A stretch of DNA of 51,244 nucleotides from Alphaproteobacteria bacterium (GTDB taxonomy: Bacteria > Pseudomonadota > Alphaproteobacteria > UBA7985), in NCBI GenBank assembly GCA_964228455.1, contig CAXQZM010000063.1:1-51244 (forward strand), given 5' to 3'. The position numbers and the translations under genes were made by a program. Below are positions 22,154-32,006 of the stretch, piece by piece. Below the pieces are notes generated by a model. It saw only the letters and a list, made by a program, of their open reading frames with translations, made no database searches and was not told where the DNA came from. The first letter of the stretch is position 1. Each line of letters starts with the position of its first letter.

Positions 22154-23056
22154 ATGACAATGAATTCGGTATCTCATCAGAAAATCATTTGGCTAATGAT
22201 CTCGTCAGCAGTGGGTTGGGGGCTGTGGTGGATCCCCGTGCGCGCTTTAACCTCCCTGGGCATGAGTGAAGTTTGGGCAGGAGTCTTGCCAATATTCGCA
22301 GCGGCGCTTGGAATGATTGCTCTACTAAAATGGCAAAATCTTAACCCACTAAACTTAGATGCAGCTGCGAAATATGGAGGGCTTCTTTTTGGTATCGCTA
22401 TTTCCTTCTACGGCGTTGCGCTCGCCCTGACTGATGTAGTCAGAGCCGCACTGTTTTTCTATCTGGCTCCAATCTGGGCTCTATTAATTGAGACCATATG
22501 GCTCCGAGTAAGGTTAAGCTGGCATGGGCCAGTGGGCGCGGCCATTTGCTTGTTAGGAATACTCATCCTTTTCGAGTTTCAGGTTGCACTAGATCAGTTG
22601 AATCTCGGGGACATCATGGCGACATTATCAGGTCTGGCATTTTCGATTGGCTCAACCTGCATATTCTCAGGTCATCGAAGACTGCGAAACCAAAACCGGC
22701 ATATTCGAATAACTAGTATAATGCTTATTAGCGGAGCTTTCTGCGGTACAGCAATGCTTTTTTTATTTAATGAGCCAATTGGATCTGTTGACGATATTGG
22801 CTGGGGCATACTTATAGTGTTAACAACCGGAATCCTTTTGCTGGCCCCAATATCTTTTATAATGCAGATAGGGGCGGAACGACTACTACCAGCAACCTTG
22901 GCACTGCTCTATACCGGTGAGATAGCAACATCAGTAGTAACTGCAGCAATTTTCTTGCCATATGAGCGATTTGGTTGGCCAGAGGGGATTGGAGCTTTGC
23001 TCATCGCTGGCGCAGGTTTAGCCCAATTATTCCGACCGCAAAATGAGGAAGTTTAG
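22154..23056 (+). CDS. EamA/DMT-family transporter
   Basis: WGLWWIPVR, VVRAALFFYLAPIW, ALLYTGEI..; about 10 TM. Confidence 0.85.
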   Translation: MTMNSVSHQKIIWLMISSAVGWGLWWIPVRALTSLGMSEVWAGVLPIFAAALGMIALLKWQNLNPLNLDAAAKYGGLLFGIAISFYGVALALTDVVRAALFFYLAPIWALLIETIWLRVRLSWHGPVGAAICLLGILILFEFQVALDQLNLGDIMATLSGLAFSIGSTCIFSGHRRLRNQNRHIRITSIMLISGAFCGTAMLFLFNEPIGSVDDIGWGILIVLTTGILLLAPISFIMQIGAERLLPATLALLYTGEIATSVVTAAIFLPYERFGWPEGIGALLIAGAGLAQLFRPQNEEV

Positions 23057-23089
23057 ATTTGTCTGCTCTTCAAAAGATTATGGTGACAT

Positions 23090-24628
23090 TTAAAGCTTTG
23101 GATATCGAAAACGTGTTGCTTGTTCCGTCCAAGCAGTATGGTTCCTAACATATTTCTGACTAGCATCGTATGGCGGCTGATAGTCCCAATGCTCTCCGCC
23201 ACCTCTCTCCTTTGCGGCCTCCATCGCAGCGTGAAGCGCTCGACGAGAGCGCTGTGTCGAAATAACATCCTTCTTTAATTCGCCCAGGTCCCATTTCGCA
23301 GCGACTTCAGCCGCAAAAGAGCGAGAAATTTCAAGGTGAGCATGATCTCCCTGTAGATTGACCAGCTCGTCTGGATCAGCAGCGACATTGTAAAGCTGGG
23401 CAGGATCCCCGTCACAGTGGATATACTTAAAATCATCACGGCGGATCATGACTACAGGCGAACCGGCGCATTCAGCACAATATTCTCCGATTGCCTCTGA
23501 CTTACTATCAGTTCCACCTTGGGCAACAGGCCATAGCGAACGGCCATCAATACGCTGGCCAAATTCTGGCTTTTCGCTGCCATTTGCTGAGCCGATGTCT
23601 ACCAAAGTAGGTAGGATGTCCACGAGAGAGCAGGCACTTGAACTTGAGCCTTGAGCAACGCCTGGCCCACACATTATTAGTGGAACGCGCGCTGAGTACT
23701 CAAAAAAATTCATTTTGTACCACAGGCCACGCTCACCTAGCATATCACCATGATCTGCGGTGATCAGAAAAATAGTGTTGTCAGTCTCCCCTATTTCTTC
23801 AATTGTTTGCACCAATTGCCCAACCTTAGAATCAAAATAAGAGACATTCGCATAATATGCCCTTCGAGCTCGAATTACCTCCTCAGTTGTTAAAGGGGTA
23901 TATGCGGCCTCAATTCCGTTTAGCAAACGCTGGGAGTAGGGATCCTGGTCACCCCAACATATCTCAACTTTAGGTAAAACAATTTCGCTATCTTTATATA
24001 AGTTCCACCACTCAGGACGGGCGACATAAGGGTCATGAGGGTGAATAAAAGATGCGACCATACAGAAAGGTTTTTGCTCATCACGAGCATAATCAAAAAG
24101 TCTACGCTGAGCAGCAAACCCCACCTCATCATCATAATCAATCTGAAAAGTTGCCATTGCCATGCCAGACTCTTTGACTGTCTGCATATTATGATACCAT
24201 CTATCAATCCGCTCATCATTTGCCTCCCACTCAGGTGTCCAGGCATAGTCGGAGGGGTAGATATCTGTAGTTACTCGATCCTGAAATCCGTGCATTTGGT
24301 CAGGGCCAACGAAATGCATTTTCCCTGAGAGGCAGGTCGTGTATCCTTGGAGCTGAAGATAGTGAGCAAAGGTTGGAATCTGGCTACTAAATTCTGAAGC
24401 GTTATCATAAGCAGCAATCCTGGATATCAATTGGCCAGACATAAAAGAAAATCGTGACGGCGCACATAGAGGCGAATTACAATAAGCAGCATCAAAGCGC
24501 ATTCCACTTGCTGCAAGCGCATCAATGTTTGGCGTTTTTACAACGCTGTGCCCATAAGCTCCAATAAAGTGTGGCGCGAGTTGATCAGCCATAATGAGGA
24601 CAATATTTGGGGATTTGGTTGAGTTCAT
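23090..24628 (-). CDS. betC: Choline sulfatase
   Basis: PNIVLIMADQL, formylglycine motif CAPSR, LSGKMHFVGPDQMHG, WYHNM, GERGLWYKM, BetC-type C-terminal WDYQP..YVRNH; start ATG 24628. Confidence 0.9.
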   Translation of the reverse strand: MNSTKSPNIVLIMADQLAPHFIGAYGHSVVKTPNIDALAASGMRFDAAYCNSPLCAPSRFSFMSGQLISRIAAYDNASEFSSQIPTFAHYLQLQGYTTCLSGKMHFVGPDQMHGFQDRVTTDIYPSDYAWTPEWEANDERIDRWYHNMQTVKESGMAMATFQIDYDDEVGFAAQRRLFDYARDEQKPFCMVASFIHPHDPYVARPEWWNLYKDSEIVLPKVEICWGDQDPYSQRLLNGIEAAYTPLTTEEVIRARRAYYANVSYFDSKVGQLVQTIEEIGETDNTIFLITADHGDMLGERGLWYKMNFFEYSARVPLIMCGPGVAQGSSSSACSLVDILPTLVDIGSANGSEKPEFGQRIDGRSLWPVAQGGTDSKSEAIGEYCAECAGSPVVMIRRDDFKYIHCDGDPAQLYNVAADPDELVNLQGDHAHLEISRSFAAEVAAKWDLGELKKDVISTQRSRRALHAAMEAAKERGGGEHWDYQPPYDASQKYVRNHTAWTEQATRFRYPKL

Positions 24629-24801
24629 GTCACTGTCGAAACACAAACAACCTGCTATGCCTCGTCAGTTCGCGACTTTGTGAAGCGATATTTATCCGAG
24701 CTACAAAACTCGCTATTAATTGTTAGGGAATAAGCATTTGTGAACGCCAGCGCTGCGCAAAAACTTGCTTCTACTCAGCAGCCGCCCAAGCTCTGTTAGA
24801 T

Positions 24802-24834
24802 AAAAATAAAAAAGGGCCGCTAAAGCGACCCTTT
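24802..24834 (-). terminator. Rho-independent terminator after rplL
   Basis: Minus strand AAAGGGTCGC-TTTA-GCGGCCCTTT-TTTATTTTT. Confidence 0.85.
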
Positions 24835-24856
24835 CAAAATAGATGGATTAAAGGTC

Positions 24857-25237
24857 TTACTTTATTTCAATGGTAGCACCGGCAGCTTCCATCTTCTCCT
24901 TAATTTCGTTCGCTTCTGCCTCAGAAACACCCTCTTTTAGTGCTTTAGGAGCAGCTTCAACGAGTTCTTTAGCCTCTTTCAAGCCTAAACCATCAACGAC
25001 GCCGCGGACTTCTTTAATTACTGCAATTTTGTTACCGCCAGCAGATGCTAGAATAACGTCAAATTCAGTCTTTGCTTCTGCAGCGGCACCGCCGCCATCA
25101 GCGGGAGCAGCTACAGCTACAGCAGCAGGAGCGGCAGCGGACACGCCCCACTCTTCTTCAAGTTTTGAAGCTAAATCAGCCGCCTCAAGGACAGTCAACT
25201 TGCTTAGTTCTTCTACTAGTTTATCGAGATCAGCCAT
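24857..25237 (-). CDS. rplL: 50S ribosomal protein L7/L12
   Basis: [49 protein letters not shown]. Confidence 0.99.
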   Translation of the reverse strand: MADLDKLVEELSKLTVLEAADLASKLEEEWGVSAAAPAAVAVAAPADGGGAAAEAKTEFDVILASAGGNKIAVIKEVRGVVDGLGLKEAKELVEAAPKALKEGVSEAEANEIKEKMEAAGATIEIK

Positions 25238-25282
25238 TTTCTTTGTTCCTATGTTTGATCGTGGTTATGTTGGGTTCGTAAA

Positions 25283-25798
25283 TTAGGCGGCTTCTTTTGC
25301 ACTAAATGCAGCAAAAACACGGGCAAGTTGCCCAGCAGGTGCTTGCACTACGCCAGCAACTTTCGTTGCAGGAGCTTGAATCACGCCAATGATCTTGCTG
25401 CGCAGCTGGTCAAGCGAGGGTAGTTTTGCCAACGCATTAACTTCAGCTGCGGATAGAACCTTGTCACCCATGACGGCGCCGAGTATTTCGATTTTGTCAT
25501 TTTCTTTTGCAAAGTCAGCAAGGACTTTAGCTGGAGCTACAGGATCTGTTCCATAAGAAATTGCCGTGGTGCCTGTCATAAACTCTGACAAACCTTCCAT
25601 AGACGTATCTTGAACAGCGATTTTTACGAGCCGGTTCTTTGCAACCTTTAAAGTGGCACCTTCAGCTCGCATTGCACGACGCAATGTTTGAGCTTCAGCA
25701 ACACTAAGGCCAGATTGTTTGGAAACAACGACAATTTCAGAACCCTCAAAGGCTTCTTTCAGCTCGGCGACCATTTCCTCTTTTTGAATGCGATCCAT
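25283..25798 (-). CDS. rplJ: 50S ribosomal protein L10
   Basis: LRRAMR..KVAKNRLVKIA, LAKLPSLDQLRSKIIG; upstream of rplL. Confidence 0.98.
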   Translation of the reverse strand: MDRIQKEEMVAELKEAFEGSEIVVVSKQSGLSVAEAQTLRRAMRAEGATLKVAKNRLVKIAVQDTSMEGLSEFMTGTTAISYGTDPVAPAKVLADFAKENDKIEILGAVMGDKVLSAAEVNALAKLPSLDQLRSKIIGVIQAPATKVAGVVQAPAGQLARVFAAFSAKEAA

Positions 25799-25998
25799 AA
25801 GGGTCCTTCAACAAAAAGCGTTAGCTTTAGAGATGCGCGGCTCCCACACACCTCCGGCGATCTGCCCACGATTTAAGTGATTCAGGTTCCTTTCACCTGG
25901 GTGAAAAGAGAACTGTAGCTCTTTCTTCGTCTATGCTAGGAAGTTTCCTAATTAAAGCTTCTGGGTGTTCCATTAGCTCCTGGCAGTCTTGGACAGTG
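25799..25998 (-). ncRNA. L10 leader (rplJL autoregulatory 5' UTR)
   Basis: Minus strand CTGTCCAAGACTGCCAGGAG...TTAAT...CTTCCTAGCATAGACG fits the AGAC..AGG / CCT..TAGAC pattern of L10 leaders; further hairpins at 25891-25924; boundaries approximate. Confidence 0.75.
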
Positions 25999-26098
25999 CT
26001 GGCGCCTTTAGGAGCAACTATTGGATTATGCAACCGCTTTTTCTCGATCTGTATCTTATCTATCTTGCGTTTACCTCCCAGACATTTAGTCAATTAGT

Positions 26099-27499
26099 AT
26101 GACCGATCCAAAAACCCTCATAGATCTGGAAACCCGTGTCGGTTCAGACGCGATTGTTACAGATAGTGACCTATGTCGAACCGCCGGAGAGGACTGGCGT
26201 GGTGTATTTTCCGGGCCAGTTCTTGCAGTAGCTCAACCTAAAAATATCACGCAAGTTCAAGAAATCATTCGGTGGGCTAGTGAAACGGGAACCAGCCTCG
26301 TTCCTCAAAGTGGTAATTCTTCCCTAGCCGGTGGAGCAACTCCGACGAGCAATGCTGGAGCGGCATTAATCTTGTCAGCGAGGCGGCTAAAGAAAATCAG
26401 AAATTTTGATGCTAAGCAACGGCTGATAACCGTTGAAAGCGGTGTAATATTGGAAAACCTTCAGCAAGCTGTTGCACCCCTCGAGGTGCCAATAGATCTT
26501 GGGGGACGCGGCAGTGCACAAGTTGGTGGCCTTTTAGCCTGTCATGCCGGTGGACTAAATGTTGTCCGGTACGGGAGCCTAAGGAACCATGTTAGAGGTA
26601 TGGAAGTGGTATGGCCGAACGGCAAAGTTTGGAATGGCCTAAAACAGGTTAAAAAAGACAACACTGGTTATGATCTAAAGTCACTCCTAATCGGTTCTGA
26701 AGGGACTTTAGGCTTTATAACAGCAGCAACGCTTCAGCTATTTCCTCCAGCTAATCGCCGATTAACAGCTTTGATAGGGATTACACAGCCTCAAGAGGCG
26801 CTCGAACTATTTTGGAATCTCGAAACTGATTTTCCTAACCAAATATATGCCGCCGAAATGATGACGAACGTTGGCATGTCCAGAGCTCTTGAGCAAAATC
26901 AGCAACTTCGTAATCCTTTTGAAGGCAGGCTACCGCCATTTGCAATGCTTGTTGAAGTGGGCCTGCGTGAGAAAATTTTTGAAGCAGAGACTGAATTATT
27001 TTTAGACCGATTAGCTTCGCACAACGCGGAAGTTCTAGTCTCTCAGAGCGATCTTCAATCAGAAAATTTATGGGGCCTTAGAGAAGGACTAGTCGAGGCC
27101 CAACGGAGTTATGGACCGTCAGTGAAGCACGACGTTTGCGTACCAATGCAAGCCTTACCAGCCCTGATATCCCAGGGTATGAAGATATGTCATGAGGCCA
27201 TGCCAGGTTGCACACCCGTGCCATTTGGTCATCTGGGCGATGGTAGTTTTCATTTTAACGTTAGCTGCCCTAAAGGCTGGACGATGGAAGACATGCTTAG
27301 AAAGTCAGGAACGCTTACACAACGCATCCACGATCTCGTTAATCAACTGGGTGGCAGCATCAGTGCAGAACATGGAGTTGGGCAAGCCCGACTAGCGGAA
27401 GTAAATAGGTTCCGAGACCCCTCCGCTACATCAATAATGCGCTCAATAAAAAAGGCTCTTGACCCGAAAGGTTTATTCAACCCTGGCAAACTCCTTTAA
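26099..27499 (+). CDS. FAD-binding oxidoreductase (GlcD / D-2-hydroxyacid dehydrogenase family)
   Basis: PQSGNSSLAGG, KKDNTGYDL, GSEGTLGFIT, FGHLGDG, GGSISAEHGVG, LDPKGLFNPGK. Confidence 0.92.
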   Translation: MTDPKTLIDLETRVGSDAIVTDSDLCRTAGEDWRGVFSGPVLAVAQPKNITQVQEIIRWASETGTSLVPQSGNSSLAGGATPTSNAGAALILSARRLKKIRNFDAKQRLITVESGVILENLQQAVAPLEVPIDLGGRGSAQVGGLLACHAGGLNVVRYGSLRNHVRGMEVVWPNGKVWNGLKQVKKDNTGYDLKSLLIGSEGTLGFITAATLQLFPPANRRLTALIGITQPQEALELFWNLETDFPNQIYAAEMMTNVGMSRALEQNQQLRNPFEGRLPPFAMLVEVGLREKIFEAETELFLDRLASHNAEVLVSQSDLQSENLWGLREGLVEAQRSYGPSVKHDVCVPMQALPALISQGMKICHEAMPGCTPVPFGHLGDGSFHFNVSCPKGWTMEDMLRKSGTLTQRIHDLVNQLGGSISAEHGVGQARLAEVNRFRDPSATSIMRSIKKALDPKGLFNPGKLL

Positions 27500-28149
27500 A
27501 GCAGGCCTCGCTCTGCGAGTGACATTGGATCTACGCAGTTATTTATCTTTCTTGCGTTTGGATCCGAGTTATTTCCCGTAAGATAAATGCCGTAATGAAG
27601 GTGTGTAGTGCTACCCCAGTCAGCAAGTCGGCCAATTGTTTGACCGGCGGATACCCATTGACCAGCGCGAAGACTTCTTGATGGCACAACGTGCCAATAT
27701 GTATACTGTCGCCCACTGGCATAAATGACAACTCCGCCGCGCGAACCAGCTGACCGGGTCAGTGTGACTCGGCCACCCACAACTGCCTTAACTTTTGTTC
27801 CGACAGCAGCAACGACATCCACACCACAATGAAAGTCTGCTCGGCCTCTCAAATTTCGCCAACCATACCCACTAGTGACATATGTACCCGCATTGCGAGG
27901 GTAAAATGGTATAGCATTCCGAAATGCATAGTCTTGATGTGGGGGAATTCGTGCAGGCCGGGCATCTGGATTAGTTATACTAGAATTTCTGACTCCACTC
28001 ACGTGAGCCTCACGATAAGCAGTCAAAGAACCTGACCCTAAATTGGTTATTGCCCCAGAACTCGAACTCACAGAGCCAAGAAGCAAGTTACAACCAGATA
28101 AAAGCATTACTGCGACGGCCATGAAGGAATAAGAAAGCGCGAGGCGCAT
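27496..28149 (-). CDS. M23-family metallopeptidase lipoprotein
   Basis: Lipobox LLSGC; TSGYGWR, HxxxD (HCGVD) and HxH (HLHY) zinc motifs. Confidence 0.85.
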   Translation of the reverse strand: MRLALSYSFMAVAVMLLSGCNLLLGSVSSSSGAITNLGSGSLTAYREAHVSGVRNSSITNPDARPARIPPHQDYAFRNAIPFYPRNAGTYVTSGYGWRNLRGRADFHCGVDVVAAVGTKVKAVVGGRVTLTRSAGSRGGVVIYASGRQYTYWHVVPSRSLRAGQWVSAGQTIGRLADWGSTTHLHYGIYLTGNNSDPNARKINNCVDPMSLAERGLL

Positions 28150-28270
28150 AAAAAAAATTCTCAGAAAATATACTTAAGTTACTGATAATTATTAAATTAG
28201 ATTTATTTAAAGGTAAAGCTTATCCAACTTCAGGTCATATGATTCACCACATCGCGACCAAAAAACCATA

Positions 28271-29434
28271 CTAGTTATCATTTTCCGAAACCAATGTGTC
28301 GCCTCCATATTCAGCGCCACTGAGATCTTGACCTAGAGCAGCAGAGGCTCGCGAGTCCAAATATCTGACTACACCGTTATGCAAGCGCGCAGTAAGACCC
28401 CCCGTAAAAAAAGATGATCTATCGGCAGAAGACAAAGCAGGGTGCCGGGATGAGAGGTTAAGGTCATCCTCAACCAAATGCCTAACCATTTCGGCAACCA
28501 TGTTATCATCTAAGCCCTCAGATGCTATTAGACTTACCACATAACCAACCGTGGTTACTGAGGAGCTCAAACTTGAATAATCTTCAGTTGATAATGTTAA
28601 GGCCGTTAAAGCGTCTCCATCTCCGGTTAACTGCGAAGAGAGATCTTCACCTAAACTTAGCAGTCGAGCATCGCACTTTGACAGTGTGAGTTCAACGGAT
28701 GGAAGCAGGGCTGGCCCGACAACAAAAAATGCATCAACCTCACCTATGCAGAAAGCTCTAGCCATTTGACTTTCCGAAGCCATCTCAATTTTTCTAAAAT
28801 CTCGACGTGATAAGCCTGCTTGCGCCAATACGACATCAGCTAACTGGCCTTGACTTGAGGAAGAGGGCGGTAAAGCTAATTTTTTCCCGTTTAAATCTGG
28901 AAAACGAGTCAGGTCATTTTTCACGACAATTTGAAGAGAAAGCGGATAAAGAGCCGCGACAGATCGTAGGCGATCAAAATTAAGGCTGTTACCAGCTAGT
29001 TCGTTTGCTGCCTTAACAGCAAAAGACTGCCAATCTGATTGCACCAGGCCAAACTCTGCCGCCCCACTCAATACAAGCGCGATATTTTCTCCTGAACCAG
29101 CGGTGGGGCGCACTAAACATTCTATTCGATGTTGTTCTATATCAGAGTTGATCAAACCACACAAAGCTCCACCAACTTCGAAATACCCGGCTCGCACTGG
29201 GCCTGTTGCAACTCTCATAAAACGGTCACTCTCAACTGTGCTTGGGAAAAGTGGACCTTCCTGAGAGCCATCAGAATGTTCACCAGCTTGAGGTCTCATT
29301 GTTGGCAATATTAGCCGTTGATCATCGGGAGCTGCGCCATGCTGTGTTTGCGCATGAACTGTATCCGATATGAGCAAAAAGTTTAGCAAACTAAATATTG
29401 GAACCAGAAATGAATAAATTACGGCTATTCGCAT
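28271..29434 (-). CDS. TAXI-family TRAP transporter solute-binding subunit
   Basis: Signal peptide; ATGPVRAGYF..GGALC, TAGSGENI, GLVQSDWQ, LRSV, LHNGVVRY. Confidence 0.85.
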   Translation of the reverse strand: MRIAVIYSFLVPIFSLLNFLLISDTVHAQTQHGAAPDDQRLILPTMRPQAGEHSDGSQEGPLFPSTVESDRFMRVATGPVRAGYFEVGGALCGLINSDIEQHRIECLVRPTAGSGENIALVLSGAAEFGLVQSDWQSFAVKAANELAGNSLNFDRLRSVAALYPLSLQIVVKNDLTRFPDLNGKKLALPPSSSSQGQLADVVLAQAGLSRRDFRKIEMASESQMARAFCIGEVDAFFVVGPALLPSVELTLSKCDARLLSLGEDLSSQLTGDGDALTALTLSTEDYSSLSSSVTTVGYVVSLIASEGLDDNMVAEMVRHLVEDDLNLSSRHPALSSADRSSFFTGGLTARLHNGVVRYLDSRASAALGQDLSGAEYGGDTLVSENDN

Positions 29435-29489
29435 GGAGGGGTCTTTAACGGCTTTTTCCCTTGCAACAATATCCAGATATCTGATTTTA

Positions 29490-30212
29490 TCATTTTAACG
29501 TCGGCAACCTTATCGTTGCGCCTTCATTCAAAACTTTGCGCGCTTGTTGCGTTAAGGCCCCCTCCTCATCTCGAATTACGAAAGGTGGGGTAAGTTGAAA
29601 AGGACTGCGTGAGCCCTGTCGGGCAAAAACTAAAACCCGAGGTACAGTCGCTTTTCCGGAGGATCCAACTAGGGGCATCACAGTTATGCAACCAAAGTCG
29701 GGGGATAACGCAATTAATGCCTCTGTTAATTGAGCAGTGCTTAGCACAAAGCCTATCCGCCCGCGAGGAGAAACCCAAGCCTTAGCTCTATCAATCCAAG
29801 CACTTAACTTTTGATTACTATGACGCCCTGCTCGTCGCTGATCATTTGCTGGTAATCGCCCAGTACCAATTTGAAAGAATGGAGGATTTGATAGGACAAC
29901 GGGGGCAGGCTTCGGTTCTACTTTAAATATGTCTGATTCGATAATATCAAACCCGGCGGACACGTTGATTCTAGCTAGAGCAGCTAGCTCCGGGTCACTC
30001 TCCACACCAACCCCCATTGCTTGTTGAAACCGAGCCTGGAGACAAAGACCTACAGTTCCTACCCCGCAACCCAAATCCACAAATCGCTCTCCTGGTCTTA
30101 AGACTACTGCTGCTGCAAGCAATACTGGATCTTGGCCAGCCCGGTAGCCTTTTTTGGGCTGATGGATAAGAACGCGCCCACCTAAAAAAGCATCACAGGT
30201 TATGCTTTCCAT
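29490..30212 (-). CDS. tRNA1(Val) A37 N6-methyltransferase-like (TrmN6/YfiC family)
   Basis: FLGGRV..QPKKGYRAGQDPVLLAA, DLGCGVG SAM motif, NPPF; start overlaps the sua5 stop (TAATG). Confidence 0.85.
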   Translation of the reverse strand: MESITCDAFLGGRVLIHQPKKGYRAGQDPVLLAAAVVLRPGERFVDLGCGVGTVGLCLQARFQQAMGVGVESDPELAALARINVSAGFDIIESDIFKVEPKPAPVVLSNPPFFQIGTGRLPANDQRRAGRHSNQKLSAWIDRAKAWVSPRGRIGFVLSTAQLTEALIALSPDFGCITVMPLVGSSGKATVPRVLVFARQGSRSPFQLTPPFVIRDEEGALTQQARKVLNEGATIRLPTLK

Positions 30213-31162
30213 TATAGCGGAACAGCGCCTCGGGCGAGCCGATCATTTATGGCCCTACCGATGCCCTCATTCGGCACTGGCATGGCACAGATAGCATCAG
30301 CTCCAGAGCCACTGAGCACATGAAGCCCTTCAAAAAGTCGAGAAGCGGCCTCAACTAAATCACCTTGGTAAGAAAGGTTGTATACAAGGCTAGCATCTGG
30401 AACATCCGAGCCAAAAGCAAGGAGAGCCTGACCAGGAAAAACATGCAATTGATTTAGAAAAAGTGGAATCGGTGGCGCATAATGACGGCGTAACTGTCCC
30501 GGAGAGCTCACCTGTTCATCACTAAAATCTTCGAGGTATTTTTGATTTTCAGTAACCTGACCAATTACACGCTCAAGTTGAGCTTTGGTTACTGCTCCAT
30601 GTCGCAAGATTTGTGCATTTGGCCCAGAAATATCAATGACTGTGCTCTCCAGTCCAATGTTAGGCTCCTCCCCGGACAGGTATCCGATCCAAGAAACATC
30701 ACTGAAACTATCCATGACATGAGCAGCTCGGCTCGGGCTAAGAAGCCCAGACTTATTGGCACTTGGAGCTGCTACACCGCTAGGGAGCTTATCTGCCAAT
30801 TTTCTTACCTGCTCTCGGGCAGGACACCTAAGAGCAATGTTTTCCGATCCTGCAGTGACAATTGTACTTACCTTTGATTCACTTTTTTGAGGTAAAACGA
30901 TAGTTAGAGGCCCGGGCCAAAAAGCATTTGCGAGTGCACCTGCGCGGTGCCCCCAAATCCCGAGGGTGGACGCCTGATCTTGCCCACTAACATGAACAAT
31001 AAGAGGGTTAAAACTTGGACGTCCCTTAGCCTCGTATATTCGAGCTACAGCTTCATCACTAGCGGCATTAGCTCCCAAACCATATACAGTTTCTGTTGGG
31101 AAGATTACGAGCTGATCGTTGTGCAGTGCTTCAACTGCCTGTTCAAAATTTAGCGTTTGCAT
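30212..31162 (-). CDS. sua5: L-threonylcarbamoyladenylate synthase (Sua5 type)
   Basis: FPTETVYGLGANA, KGRPSFNPLIVH, FWPGPLT, APSANKSG, C-terminal SPGQLRRHYAP and AINDRL. Confidence 0.95.
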   Translation of the reverse strand: MQTLNFEQAVEALHNDQLVIFPTETVYGLGANAASDEAVARIYEAKGRPSFNPLIVHVSGQDQASTLGIWGHRAGALANAFWPGPLTIVLPQKSESKVSTIVTAGSENIALRCPAREQVRKLADKLPSGVAAPSANKSGLLSPSRAAHVMDSFSDVSWIGYLSGEEPNIGLESTVIDISGPNAQILRHGAVTKAQLERVIGQVTENQKYLEDFSDEQVSSPGQLRRHYAPPIPLFLNQLHVFPGQALLAFGSDVPDASLVYNLSYQGDLVEAASRLFEGLHVLSGSGADAICAMPVPNEGIGRAINDRLARGAVPL

Positions 31163-31247
31163 AGCTTTTTTCTAATATTGCTTGCTTCAGAGGTGTGTCA
31201 GGTGGCTTCAAACAATTATATACGTTGATTTGAAGCCCTTGCCAAAT

Positions 31248-32006
31248 TTAATAATCCTTGAGCCATTCTGATGCTCGACAGTAATTTCGAATAGATTTTG
31301 AATGTCCAGCAATTGCCTCCTCTATGCTAGGATTTCCATGAAAACATAGAACTCTGCAATCTTTAGGTAGCTGGGGCTTTAAGGCAAAGTTTAGAGGAAA
31401 ACTTGGCATAGCGTTACGTTTAAAGCTACAAACTAGAGAACCTGGCAAATACTTCAATGCACCATGCTTCAAAGCAGTCATTGATGTATAGTATTGTTCG
31501 GAACCTTTGTGACTATTTATTGCTGCTAATGGGTCGTTGGCAAAGTCATTATACAAAAAACTATGCTCACTTGGTTGGAAGCGGAATACCGAGCCATGCC
31601 CGCCTTCTCTACCCTGCCACTCGTATCTCCACTCTCTTCTCATAACTACACTGCCGGGCGCATGAGTAATAATTGGATCTAGGGGCCCTGTGATCAAAAC
31701 ATCAAGGTCAAAGCCGAGAACAACACCATCTATGTCCGCTAGACCGGGCCGGAACAGTGAGATTTTTTTCCAAGCACCTTTTCTTCCAGCCTTGTTCATT
31801 CCAAAGTCAATTGCTTCATCGAATGGTTCAGATGGAAGCTCACGCACCTCAACTTCTGATAAAATTCCATTGGCGTCATCGGTAAAACATATGAAGCGGA
31901 AATCTTGATTTACCCAACGCCGAACACCCTTGAACAGTCTATTAACATAGTGCGGTCCATACTTCGTTCCCCATTTCATACATACAACTGAGAGTGTCAT
32001 TAACAC
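31248..32006 (-). CDS. Putative GT-A fold glycosyltransferase
   Basis: CMKWGTKY..YVNRL, FICFTDD, WKKISLF, FDLDV (DxD), FHGNP; start may be ATG 32000. Confidence 0.7.
   Translation of the reverse strand: MLMTLSVVCMKWGTKYGPHYVNRLFKGVRRWVNQDFRFICFTDDANGILSEVEVRELPSEPFDEAIDFGMNKAGRKGAWKKISLFRPGLADIDGVVLGFDLDVLITGPLDPIITHAPGSVVMRREWRYEWQGREGGHGSVFRFQPSEHSFLYNDFANDPLAAINSHKGSEQYYTSMTALKHGALKYLPGSLVCSFKRNAMPSFPLNFALKPQLPKDCRVLCFHGNPSIEEAIAGHSKSIRNYCRASEWLKDY

Noticed and set aside
24870-25286. 138-aa + strand ORF
   Set aside because: Antisense mirror of Ala-rich rplL
25893-26093. 66-aa ORF upstream of rplJ
   Set aside because: Overlaps the L10 leader RNA and has no protein motif
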